From NCBI RefSeq assembly GCF_009914755.1, contig NC_060940.1: a stretch of DNA of 64,000 nucleotides, one strand, 5' to 3'. Under the pieces are notes generated by a model. It saw only the letters and a list, made by a program, of their open reading frames with translations. It searched no databases and was not told the origin of the DNA. This document shows positions 29,511-43,900 of the stretch, in pieces. The stretch comes from the human T2T-CHM13v2.0 reference genome, Homo sapiens. Position 1 is the first letter of the stretch, and the number at the start of each line of letters is the position of its first letter. Both the position numbers and the translations under genes were made by a program.

Positions 29511-31194
29511 GATGATTCCATTGGTATCCATTCGACCATGATTCCATATGAGTCAATTCGATGATGATTCCATACGAGTCCGTTGGATGATAATTCCATT
29601 TGATTTCATTCAATCCTTCTATTCGATTCCATTTGATGATGATTCCATCTGAATCCATTCTCCGATTCCATTCGATTTCATTCGATGCTTCTATTTGATT
29701 TCATTCGAAGATGATTCCTTTCAATTCCGTTCATTAATTCCATTTGATTCCATTCGATGATGATTCCATCCGATTCCATTGGATGATGATTCCATTCGAG
29801 TCCATTCGATGATTCCGTTCTAATCCATTCTATGATTCCATTTGAGTCCATTCGATGATTCCATTCGATTCCATTCAGTGATGATTCCATTTGATTCCAT
29901 CTGATGATGATTTCATTTGATTCCATTCGATGATGATTCCATTGGAGTCCATTGAATGATTCAATTCAATTCCATTCCATGTGGATTCCATTCGAATTCA
30001 TTCGATTATTCCCTTCAAATCCCTTCGTTGATTCCATCTGATTCCACTTGACGATGATTCCATTCAAGTCCAATCGATGATTCCATTCGGTTCCATTCAA
30101 TGATTCCATTCGAGTCCATTTATGTATTATATTCGTGTCCACTTGATGACTCCATTCAATTCCATTTAATGATGATTCCATTTGATTCCATTTGATGATT
30201 CAGTTCGATTCCTTACAATGATTCCCTACGATTCCTTTCTATGATGATTCCATTCGATTCCATTCATTGATGATTCCATTCGACTCCATTCGATGATGAT
30301 TCCTTTCGATTCCATTTGACGATGTTTCCATTTGAGTCCATTCGATGATGATTCCATTGGTATCCATTCGACGATGATTCCATATGAGTCAATTCGATGA
30401 TGATTCCATACGAGTCCGTTGGATGATAATTCCATTTGATTTCATTCAATCCTTCTATTCGATTCCATTTGATGATGATTCCATCTGAATCCATTCTCCG
30501 ATTCCATTCGATTTCATTCGATGCTTCTATTTGATTTCATTCGAAGATGATTCCTTTCAATTCCATTCATTAATTCCATTTGATTCCATTCGATGATGAT
30601 TCCATCCGATTCCATTGGATGATGATTCCATTCGAGTCCATTCGATGATTCCGTTCTAATCCATTCTATGATTCCATTCGAGTCCATTCGATGATTCCAT
30701 TCGATTCCATTCAGTGATGATTCCATTTGATTCCATCTGATGATGATTTCATTTGATTCCATTCGATGATGATTCCATTGGAGTCCATTGAATGATTCAA
30801 TTCAATTCCATTCCATGTGGATTCCATTCGAATTCATTCGATTATTCCATTCAAATCCCTTCGTTGATTCCATCTGATTCCACTTGACGATGATTCCATT
30901 CAAGTCCAATCGATGATTCCATTCGGTTCCATTCAATGATTCCATTCGAGTCCATTTATGTATTATATTCGTGTCCACTTGATGACTCACTCCATTCAAT
31001 TCCATTTAATGATGATTCCATTTGATTCCATTTGATGATTCAGTTCGATTCCTTACAATGATTCCCTACGATTCCTTTCTATGATGATTCCATTCGATTC
31101 CATTCATTGATGATTCCATTCGACTCCATTCGATGATGATTCCTTTCGATTCCATTTGACGATGTTTCCATTTGAGTCCATTCGATGATGATTC
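29511..31194 (+). repeat. 836-bp tandem duplication (2 copies; the second has a 4-bp insertion)
   Basis: ggtatcc at 29523 and 30359; ORF offsets 29678/30514 and 29966/30802; gactcactcc at about 30984 versus gactcc at about 30148. Confidence 0.93.
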
Positions 31195-33442
31195 AATTCA
31201 GTTCTGTTCTATTGTGAATCCATTCGATTTCATTCAATGCTTCTATTTGATTCCATTCGACGATGATTCCATCTCTTTCCCTTCGATGATTCCATTTGAT
31301 TCCATTCAGTGATGATTCCATTTGATTCCATCTGATGATGATTTCACTTGATTCATTTCAGTGATGATTCCATTCAAGTCCATTCGATGATTCCATTGGA
31401 GTCCAAACGATCATTCCATTCGATTCCATTCAATGATGATTCCATTCATGTCCATTCAATGAATCCTTTCAATTCCATTCGATGATGACTCCATTCGATT
31501 CCATTCGATGATTCCATTCAATTCCATTCGATGATGATTCCATTCCAGTCCATATGATCATTCCATTTGATTTCATTCGATGATGATTCCATTCGATTCC
31601 ATTCGATGATTCCATTCTATTCCATTCGATGATGATTCTATTCGAGTCCATTCGATGATTCCATTCGAGTCCATTTAATGATTCCATTGGGTTCAATTCA
31701 ATGATGATTACATTGGATTCCGTTCTATGATTCCATTCAATTCCGTTCATTGACAATTTGATTCCATTCGATGATGATTCCATTTGAGTTCATTCGATGA
31801 TTCTATTCGATTCTCTTCGATGGTGATTCAATTCTATTATATTGGATGATGCCATTCGATTCCATTTGATGTTGATTCAATTCGATTCTATTCGATGATG
31901 ATTCCATTGGATTTCACTTGATGATTCTATTCGATTCCATTCAATGATGATTCACTTCTCGTCCATTGGATGATTCCATTTCATTCCATTCGATGATGAT
32001 TCCATTCGATTCCATTCGATGATTCCATTTGATTCCATGCGACGGTGAGCAATTCGATTCAATTCCATGATGATTCTATTTGATTCAATTAGATGATGTT
32101 TCCATTCGAATCCATTCCATGATTATTCCATTGGAATCCATTTGGCGATGAATCCATATGAGTCAATTCAATGATGATTCCATATGGGTCCGTTCGATGA
32201 TAATTCCATTTGATTTCATTCAATGCTTCTATTCTATTCCAGTCGTTGATGATTCCGTTGGAGTCCATACGATGATTCCATTTGATTTCATTTGATGATG
32301 ATTCCATTCGATGATGATTACATTGGATTCCATTCTATGATTCCATTCAATTCCATTCGTTGATGATTCGATTCCATTCAATGATGATTCCATTTGAGTT
32401 CATTCGATGATTCTATTCGATTCCGTTCGATGGTGATTCAATTCTATTATATTGGAGGATTCCACTCGATTCCATTTGATGATTATTCCATTGGAGTCCA
32501 CTTAGTGAATCCTTTAGATTCTACTCGAAGATGATTCCATTCGAGTCCATTCAATGATACCATTCAATTTCATTCGTTGATGCTTCCATTCAAGTGCATT
32601 CGATGATATCATTCGATTCCATTTGATGATAATTCCATTTGATTCCATGCGATGATTCTATTCGATTCCATTCAATGATAATTCCATTCAATTCAGTGAT
32701 TCCTCTGGACTCCATTTGATGATGATTCCATTCAATGATTCCATTCGATTCTATTCGAAAATGATTCCATTTGAATCCATTTGATGATGATTCCATTAGA
32801 TTCCATTTGATGATTCCATTCGATTGCATTTGACGATGATTCCATTCGATTCCATTTGATGATTCCATTCTATTCTATTCGATGATGATTCCATTCGATT
32901 CCATTTGATGATGATTGGATTCGATTCCATTTGATGATTTCATTTGATTCCATTCGTTAATGATTTCGATCAACTCCATTCGATGATTCCATTTGATTCC
33001 ATTCGATAATGATTACATCCGAGTCCATTCGATGATTCCATTTGAGCCCGTTCGATAATTCCATTTGAGTCCAATCAATGATTCCATTCATTTCCATTCA
33101 ATGATTCCATTCGAGTCCATTTGATCATTCTGGTAGGGTCCGTTCGATGTTGATTCCATTGGAGTGCATTCGATGATTCCATTCGAGTCCATTTTATGAT
33201 TTGATTCGAGTCCTTTCGATGATTCCATTCGATTCCACTCGATGATGATTTCATTCGAGTCCATTCGACACTTCCAATCGATTCCATTTGATGTTTCCAT
33301 TCGAGTCCAATTGATGATTCCATTCAATTCCATTCGATGATGATTCCGTACGATTCCATTCTGTGATGATTCCATGTGATTGCATTCCATGATGATTCCT
33401 TTCGATTGCATTCGATTATGATTCATTTCGTGTTCATTCTAT

Positions 33443-36400
33443 GGTTCCACAGGTTTCCATTCGATGACGTTTCCGTTCGTGTCCATTCCATTATTCCATT
33501 CTATTTCATTTGATGATGATTCCATTCGATTCCATTCATTGGTGATTCCACTCAATTCCATTCAATGATTCCATTCCATATCTTTCAACAATGATTCCAT
33601 TAGTTTCTATTCGATGATCCACTTGATTCCATTTGGCGATGATTCCATTCGTGTCCATTCGATGATTCCATTTGATTCCATATGATGATGATTCCATTCG
33701 ATTCCATACCATGATGATTCCATTCGGGTCCATTCAATGGTGATTCCATTCAATTCCATTCGATGATTCCTTCCGATTCCATTCGATGATGATGGCATTC
33801 GATTCCTTTCAATCATTCCCTTTGATTCCATTCAAAGGTGATTTCATTCAAGTCCATTCGATAATTGCATTCGATTCCATTCTATGATGATTCCATTCGA
33901 GTCCATTTGATGATTCCATTCAATTCAAGTCAATGATGATTCCATTCAATTCCACTCGATGATTCCATTGGATTCCATTCGATGATGATTCCATTCAAAT
34001 CCATTCGATAATTCAATTCAAGTCCATTCGATGATGATTCCAATCGAATCCATTCAAAGATTCCATTCAATTCCATTCGATGATGATTCCCTTAGATTCC
34101 ATTCGATGATTCCACTTGATTCCATTTACGATGATTCCATTCGATTCCATGTGATGAATCCATTCAATTCTATTCAATGATGTTTCCATTTGATTCCATT
34201 GGACCATGATTGCCTTTGATTCCATTCAATGATTCCATTCGGTTCCATTTGATGATGATTCCGTTCGATTCCATTTCATTATTCCATTTGATTCCATTGG
34301 ATGAGTCCATTCGATTACATTCGATGATTATTCCATTCGAGTGCATTAGATGATTGCATTCGAGTCCATTCGATGATTCCATTCGATTCCATTCGATGTT
34401 GATTCTGTTCAAATCCATTCGATGATTCCACTCCATTCCAATCGATGACTCCATTTGATCCCATTCGATGATTTCCTGTGATTCCCTTTGATGATCATTC
34501 TATTTGATTCAATTCGGTGATTTCATTTCATTCCATTCAGTGATGTTTCCATTCGACTGTATTCGATGATGATTCCATTCGACTCCATTCGATTATGATT
34601 TCATTCAATTCCATTCAATAATGATTCCCTTCGAGTCCATTCGATGATTCCATTCGATTCCATTCAACGATGATTTGATTCGTTTCCATTCGATGATTCC
34701 ATTTGATTCCACTTGATGATGATTCCATTCGAGTCCATTTGATGATTCCATTCGAGTCTATTTATGTATTATATTCGTGTCCACTTCATGATTCCATTCA
34801 ATTCCATTTAATGTTGATTCCATTTGATTCCATTTGATGATTCAGTTCGATTCCTTGCAATGATTCCCTACGATTCCTTTCTATGATGATTCCATTCGAT
34901 TCCATTCATTGATGATTTCATTCGACTCCATTCGATGATGATTCCTTTCGATTCCATTTGACGATGTTTCCATTCGAGTCCATTCGATGATGATTCTATT
35001 CAATTCTGTTCTATTATGATTCCATTCGATTTCATTCAATGCTTCTATTTGATTCCATTCGATGATGATTCCATCTCTTTCCCTTCGATGATTCCATTTG
35101 ATTCCATTCAGTGATGATTCCATTTGATTCCATCTGATGATGATTTCACTTGATTCCTTTCAATGATGATTCAATTCAAGTCCATTCGATGATTCCATTG
35201 GAGTCCAAACGATCATTCCGTTCGATTCCATTCAATGGTGATTCCATTCATGTCCATTCGATGAATCCATTCAATTCCATTCGATGATGACTCCATTCGA
35301 GTACATTCGATGATTCCATTTGATTCCATTTGAAGATGATTCCATTCAATTCCATTCGAAGATGATTCCATTCAATTCCATTCGATGATGATTCCGTATG
35401 AATCCATTCTCTGATTATTCCATTCGATTCCATTCATTGACGATTCCATTCAATTCCATTCAATGATGATTCTCTTCTATTCCATTCGATGATTCCGGTC
35501 GATTCCATTCGATGATGATTCCATTAGATTCCATTCGATTGTTGCATTCGATTCCCTTCGATGATGATTCCTTTGAATTCCATTCGATTATCATTCCGTA
35601 TGAATCCATTTGATGATTATTCCATTGGATTCCTTTCGATGATGATTCCATTCGATTCCATTTGATGATGTTTCTCTTGTATTCCATTGGATAATTCCTT
35701 TCAGTTCCCTTCGATGATTATTCTTTCGAGTCAATTCGATGATTCTATTCCATTCCCTTCGATGATGATTCCATTTCACTCCATTTGATGATTCCATTCG
35801 ACTCAATTTGGTGATGATTCAATTCGATGACATTCGATGACTCCATTCAATTTCATTTGATGATGATTACATTCGAGTCCATTTGATGATTGTATTCCTT
35901 TCCTTTTGATGATTATTCCATTCGTGTCTATTCAAAGGTTCCATTCTATTCCATTCAATGATGATTGCATTTGATTCCATTCAATGATTATGGCTATCGA
36001 TTCCACTCGTTGATTCCATTTGATTCCGTTCGATGATTATTCCGTTAGATTCCATTAGAAGATTCCATTCGATTTTATTCAATGATTCCAATGGATTCCA
36101 TTCAATGATGATTCCATTCGACACCATTCAGTGATTCCATTCGAGTCCATTTGATGATTCCATTCTTTTGCATTTGATGATGATTCCATTAGGGTCCATT
36201 CAATGATTCCATTCGAGTCCATTCGTTAATGCCTTTCGAGTCCTTTTGATCACTACATTCGAGTCCATTCAATGATTCTATTCGATTCCATTCCATGATG
36301 ATTCCATTCGAGTTCATTCGATGATTGCATTCGAGTCCATTTGATGATTCCATATGATTCCCTTCGACAATGATTCCATTCGTGTCCATTTGACGATTCC

Positions 36401-37569
36401 ATTCATTTCCTATCGATGAAGATTCCATTCAAGTGTATTCGATGATTCCATTCAAATCCATTCGATGATGATTCCATTCCAGTCCATTCGATCATTCCAC
36501 TTGATTCCATTTGATGACTATTCCATTCAAATCCATTTGATGATTCCATTCGATTCCATTCGATGTTACCATTCGAGTATACACGATGATTCCACTCGAT
36601 TCCATTTGATGATTATTCCATTGGAGTCCACTTAGTGAATCCTTTAGATTCTACTCGAAGATGATTCCATTCGAGTCCATTCCATGATACCATTCAATTC
36701 CATTCGTTGATGCTTCCATTCAAGTACATTCGATGATATCATTCGATTCCATTTGATGATAATTCCATTTGATTCCATGCGATGATTCAATTCGATTCCA
36801 TTCAATGATAATTCCATTCAATTCAGTGATTCCTCTGGACTCCATTTGATGATGATTCCATTCAATGATTCCATTCGATTCTATTCGAAAATGATTCCAT
36901 TTGAATCCATTTGATGATGATTCCATTGGATTCCATTTGATGATTCCATTCGATTCCATTCGATGATGATTCCATTCGATTCCTTTTGATGATTCCATTC
37001 TATTGTATTCGATGATGATTCCATTCGATTCCATTCGATGATGATTGGATTCGATTCCATTTGATGATTTCATTTGATTCCATTCGATAATGATTTCGAT
37101 CAATTCCATTCGATGATTCCATTCGATTCCATTCGATAGTGATTACATCCGAGTCCATTCGATGATTCCATTTGAGCCCGTTCGATAATTCCATTTGAGT
37201 CCAATCAATGATTCCATTCATTTCCATTCAATGATTCCATTCGAGTCCATTTGATCATTCCGGTAGGGTCCGTTCGATGTTGATTCCATTGGAGTGCATT
37301 CGATGATTCCATTCGAGTCCATTTTAGGATTTGATTCGAGTCCTTTCGATGATTCCATTCGATTCCACTCGATGATTTCATTCGAGTCCATTCGACACTT
37401 CCAATCGATTCCATTTGATGTTTCCATTCGATTCCAATTGATGATTCCATTCAATTCCATTCGATGATGATTCCGTACGATTCCATTCTGTGATGATTCC
37501 ATGTGATTGCATTCAATGATGATTCCTTTCGATTGCATTCGATTATGATTCATTTCGTGTTCATTCTAT
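33443..37569 (+). repeat. Short (S) higher-order unit, 4127 bp
   Basis: Landmark spacing 33347 to 37474. It has the same alternative middle as 19.0-20.9 kb (ORF artefacts 35248/19513 and 35460/19725). Confidence 0.9.
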
Positions 37570-37939
37570 GGTTCCACAGGTTTCCATTCGATGATGTTTC
37601 CATTCGTGTCCATTCCATTATTCCATTCTATTCCATTTGAAGATGATTCCATTCGATTCCATTCATTGGTGATTCCACTCAATTCCATTCAATGATTCCA
37701 TTCCATTTCTTTCAACAATGATTCCATTAGTTTCTATTCGATGATCCACTTGATTCCATTTGACGATGATTCCATTCGTGTCCATTCGATGATTCCATTT
37801 GATTCCATATGATGATGATTCCATTCGATTCCATACGATGATGATTCCATTCGAGTCCATTCAATGGTGATTCCATTCAATTCCATTCGATGATTCCTTT
37901 CGATTCCATTCAATGATGATGGCATTCAATTCCTTTCGA

Positions 37940-40900
37940 TCATTCCCTTTGATTCCATTCAAAGGTGATTTCATTCAAGTCCATTCGATAATTGCATTCG
38001 ATTCCATTCTATGATGATTCCATTCGAGTCCATTTGATGATTCCATTCAATTCAAGTCAATGACGATTCCATTCGATTCCACTCGATGATTCCATTGGAT
38101 TCCATTCGATGATGATTCCATTCAAATCCATTCGATAATTCAATTCAAGTCCATTCGATGATGATTCCAATCGAATCCATTCAAAGATTCCACTCAATTC
38201 CATTCGATGATGATTCCCTTAGATTCCATTCGATGATTCCACTTGATTCCATTTACGATGATTCCATTCGATTCCATGTGATGATTCCATTCAATTCTAT
38301 TCAATGATGTTTCCACTTGATTCCATTCGAACATGATTGCCTTTGATTCCATTCAATGATTCCATACGGTTCCATTTGATGATGATTCCATTCGAGTGCA
38401 TTAGATGATTCCATCCGAGTCCATTCGATGATTCCATTCGATTCCATTCGATGTTGATTCTGTTCAAATCCATTCGATGATTCCACTCGATTCCATTCGA
38501 TGACTCCATTTGATCCCATTCGATGATTTCCTTTGATTCCCTTTGATGATCATTCCATTTGATTCAATTCGGTGATTTCTTTTGATTCCATTCAGTGATG
38601 TTTCCATTCAACTCCTTTCGATGATGATTCCATTCGACTCCATTCGATTATGATTTCATTCAATTCCATTCGATAATGATTCCCTTCAAGTCCATTCGAT
38701 GCTTCCATTCGATTCCATTCAACGATGATTTGATTCGTGTCCATTCGATGATTCCATTTGATTCCATTTGATGATGATTCCATTCGAGTCCCTTTGATGA
38801 TTCCATTCAATTCCATTCTCCGATGATTTCTTTTGAGCCCATTCAATGCTTCCACTCGATTCCATATGATGATGACTCCATTTGATGAAATTCCATGATG
38901 ATTCCATTCGCTTGCATTCGATGATGATTCCACTTGAGTCCGTTAGAAGATTCTATTCAATTACATTCCATGACGATTCTGTCCGAGTCCATTTGATGAT
39001 TCCATTAGACTCCATTCGACGATGATTCCATTCGATGTTATTCGTTGATGATTCCATTCAACTCCATTCGAAGTTTCCATTCGAGTTCATTCTATTATTC
39101 CATTAGATTCCATTCGATGATGATTCCATTCGATTCCATTTGATGATTGCATTCTATTTCATTTGATGATGATTCCATTCGAGTCCATTCGATGATTCCA
39201 TTCGAGTCCATTTAATGAATCCATTGGTTTCAATTCTATGATGATTACATTGGATTCCATTCGTTGATGATTTCATTCGATTCCATTCAATGATGATTCC
39301 ATTCAATTCCATTCAATGATTCCATTCAATTCCATACGATGATGATTCCATTGGATTTGATTCGACAGTGAGCCATTCGATTCAATTCCATGATGATTCT
39401 ATTTTATTCAATTGGTTGACATTTCCATTCGATTCCATTCGATGATGATTCCCTTTGATTCCATTCAAAGCTGATTCCATTCTAGCCCATTCAATCATTC
39501 CATTCGATTCTATTCAATGATGATTCCATTCATGTCGATTTGGTGATTCCATTTGACTTCATTTGATGATGATTCTTTTCAAGTTCATTAGATGATTCCA
39601 TTCGATTCCATTTGATGATGATCCCATTCGAGTCCATTTGATGATTCCACTCGTTTCCATTCCATGATGATTCCATTCCATTCCATTCAATGATTCCATT
39701 CGATTCCGTTTGATGATGATTTCATTCGAGTCCATTTGATGATTCCATTTGATTCCATTCGATGATGATTACATTCGAGTCCATACGATGATTCCACTCA
39801 ATTCCATATGATGATGATTCCATTCGATTCCATTCGATGATTCCACTTGATTCCATTTACGATGATTCCATTCGATTCCATGTGATGATTCCATTCAGTT
39901 CTATTCAATGCTGTTTCCATTTGATTCCATTCGACCATGATTGCCTTTGATTCCATTCAATGACTCCATTCGGTTCCTTTTGATGATGATTCCGTTCGAT
40001 TCCATTTCATTATTCCATTTGATTCCATTGGATGAGTCCATTCGATTACATTCGATGATTATTCCATTCGAGTGCATTAGATGATTCCATTCGAGTGCAT
40101 TCGATGATTCCATTCGATTCCATTCGATGTTGATTCTGTTCAAATCCATTCGATGATTCCACTCGATTCCATTCGATGACTCCAGTTGATCCCATTCGAT
40201 GATTTCCTTTGATTCCCTTTGATGATCATTCCATTTGATTCAATTCGGTGATTTCATTTGATTCCATTCAGTGATGTTTCCATTCGACTCCATTCGATGA
40301 TGATTCCATTCGACTCCATTCGATTATGATTTCATTCAATTCCATTCGATAATGATTCCCTTCGAGTCCATTCGATGATTCCATTCGATTCCATTCAACG
40401 ATGATTTGATTCGTGTCCATTCGATGATTCCATTTGATTCCACTTGATGATGATTCCATTCGAGTCCATTTGATGATTCCATTCAATTCCATTCTCCGAT
40501 GATTTCTTTTGAGCCCATTCAATGCTTCCACTCGATTCCATATGATGATGACTCCATTCGATGAAATTCGATGATGATTCCCTTTGATTCCATTCAAAGA
40601 TGATTCCATTCTAGCCCATTCAATCATTCCATTCGATTCTATTCAATGATGATTCCATTCATGTCGATTTGGTGATTCCATTTGACTTCATTTGATGATG
40701 ATTCCTTTCAAGTTCATTAGATGATTCCATTCGATTCCATTTGATGATGATCCCATTGGAGTCCATTCAGTGATTCCACTCGTTTCCATTCCATGATGAT
40801 TCCATTCCATTCCATTCAATGATTCCATTCGATTCCGTTTGATGATGATTTCATTCGAGTCCATTTGATGATTCCATTGGATTCCATTCGATGATGATTC

Positions 40901-43900
40901 CATTCGAGTCCATTCGATGATTCTATTCGAATCCATTTGATGATTTCTTTTGATTATAGTTGGTGATGATTCCATTGGAGTCCATTCAATGATTCCATTC
41001 GATTCCAATCGATGGTGATTCCATTAGAGTCCATTTAACGATTCCATTTGATTCCAGTCTCTGATGATTACATTCGAGTCCATACGATGATTCCACTCAA
41101 TTCCATATGATGATGATTCCATTCTATTCCATTCGATGATTCCATTCTATTCTATTCAATGGTGATTCCATTCGAGTACATTAGATGATTCCATTCGATT
41201 CCATTCAATGATGATTCTATTTGTGTCCCTTAGATGGTTCCACATGATTCCATTTCATGATGATACTATTTGAGCCCATCCAATGACTCCCTTCGATTCC
41301 ATTCGATGAGGATTCCATTCGATTCAATTCATTGGTGATTCTATTCAATTCAATTCTTTGATTCCATTCCATTCCATTCGACAATGATTCCATTCGATTT
41401 CTTTCGATGATTCCACTCGATTCCACTTGACATTGATTCCATTCGATTCCATTCAATGATTCCGTTTGATTCCAGTGGATGATGATTGCCGTCGATTCCA
41501 TTCGATCACTCCATTCTATTCCATTTGATGATGATTACATTCGATTCCATTTGATGATTCCATCTGATTCTATTCGAGGATTCCATTTGATTCCATTCGA
41601 TGATGATTCCATTCGAGTGCATTCGATGATTTCATTCGAGTACATCCAATGATTCCATTCGAGTCCATTTGATGATTCCATTTGATTCAATTTGATTATG
41701 ATTCTACTAGAGTCCATTCAATGACTCCATTCGAATCCATTCAACAATTCCATTCGAGGCCATTCGATGATTCCATTTCATGATTCCATTCGAGTCCATT
41801 TAATCATTACAGTCGAGTCCATTTGGTGATTCCACTGGATTTCTTTTGATAATGATACCATTCAATTACATTTGATGATGATCCCATTCAATTTCATTTG
41901 ATGGTGATTCCATTAGAGTCCATTCGATGATTTCATTCGAGTCCCTTCATTGATTCCATCCGATTTCATTGGATGATGACTCCATTCGAGTCCATTCGAT
42001 GATTCCACTCGATTCCATTAGATGACTCCATTGGAGTCCATTTGATTGTTCCATTCGATTCTATTCGATTCCTTTCGAAGATTATTCCATTTGAGTCCAT
42101 TCGATGATGATTCCATTCCATTCCATTCGATGATTCCGTTTGATTCCATTCGATGATTCCCTTCGATTCCTTTCTTTGATGATTCCATTCCATTCCATTC
42201 AATGATTCCATTCGAATCTATTCCATGATGATTCCTTTCGATTCCATTCGCTGATGTTTCCGTTCAATTCCATTCGATGATGATTCCATTCGATTCCATT
42301 CATTGAGGATTCCATTTGATTCCATTCAATGATGATTCCGTTCTATTCCATTCAATGATTGCATTCAATTCCATTCAATGATTATCCCCTTAGAGTAAAC
42401 TCAACGATTCCATTCAATACCATTCGATGATGATTCCTTTTGAGTCCATTCAATGATTTCATTCAAGTCCATTTGATGATTCCTTTCAATTCCATTCTAT
42501 GATGATTCCATTCGAGTCCATTCGATGATTCCATTCGATTGCATTCGATGATTCCATTATATTCCATTCAACGATGATTCCATTCGAGTCCATTCGATGA
42601 TTCCATTAGAGTACATTTAATGATTGCTTTGTTTTCAATTCGAAGATGATTACATTGGATTCCATTCTATGATACCATTCGATTCCATTCAATGATGATT
42701 CCACTCAAATCCATTGGATGATTCCATTCGTGTCCATTCGGTGATTTCATTAGATTCCATTCGAGGATGATTCCATTCGATTCCATTCGATGATTCCATT
42801 CAATTCCATTCGATGATGATTCCATTCCAGTCCATATGATCATTCCATTTGATTTCATTCGATGATGATTCCATTCGATTCCATTCGATGATTCCATTCT
42901 ATTCCATTCGATGATGATTCCATTCGAGTCCATTCGATGATTCCATTCGAGTCCATTTAATGATTCCATTGGGTTCAATTCAATGATGATTACATTGGAT
43001 TCCGTTCTATGATTCCATTCAATTCCGTTCATTGACTATTTGATTCCATTCGATGATGATTCCATTTGAGTTCATTCGATGATTCTATTCGATTCTCTTC
43101 GATGGTGATTCAATTCTATTATATTGGATGATTCCATTCGATTCCATTTGATGTTGATTCAATTCGATTCTATTCGATGATGATTCCATTGGATTTCACT
43201 TGATGATTCTATTCGATTCCATTCAATGATGATTCACTTCTCGTCCATTGGATGATTCCATTTCATTCCATTCGATGATGATTCCATTCGATTCCATTCG
43301 ATGATTCCATTTGATTCCATGCGACGGTGAGCAATTCGATTCAATTCCATGATGATTCTATTTGATTCAATTAGATGATGTTTCCATTCGAATCCATTCC
43401 ATGATTATTCCATTGGAATCCATTTGGCGATGATTCCATATGAGTCAATTCAATGATGATTCCATATGGGTCCGTTCGATGATAATTCCATTTGATTTCA
43501 TTCGATGCTTCTATTCTATTCCAGTCGATGATGATTCCGTTGGAGTCCATACGATGATTCCATTTGATTTCATTTGATGATGATTCCATTCGATGATGAT
43601 TACATTGGATTCCATTCTATGATTCCATTCAATTCCATTCGTTGATGATTCGATTCCATTCAATGATGATTCCATTTGAGTTCATTCGATGATTCTATTC
43701 GATTCCGTTCGATGGTGATTCAATTCTCTTATATTGGATGATTCCACTCGATTCCATTTGATGATTATTCCATTGGAGTCCACTTAGTGAATCCTTTAGA
43801 TTCTACTCGAAGATGATTCCATTCGAGTCCATTCGATGATACCATTCAATTCCATTCGTTGATGCTTCCATTCAAGTGCATTCGATGATATCATTCGATT

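Larger units (their letters stand above)
21866..33442 (+). repeat. Composite 11577-bp unit X (L 5' part, diverged block, L middle, 836-bp duplication, S-type piece, L 3' part)
   Basis: Landmark spacing 21770 to 33347. Segment identities were assigned from shared markers and ORF offsets (22964 with 6603; 30802 with 18869; 32590 with 4577). Confidence 0.85.
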
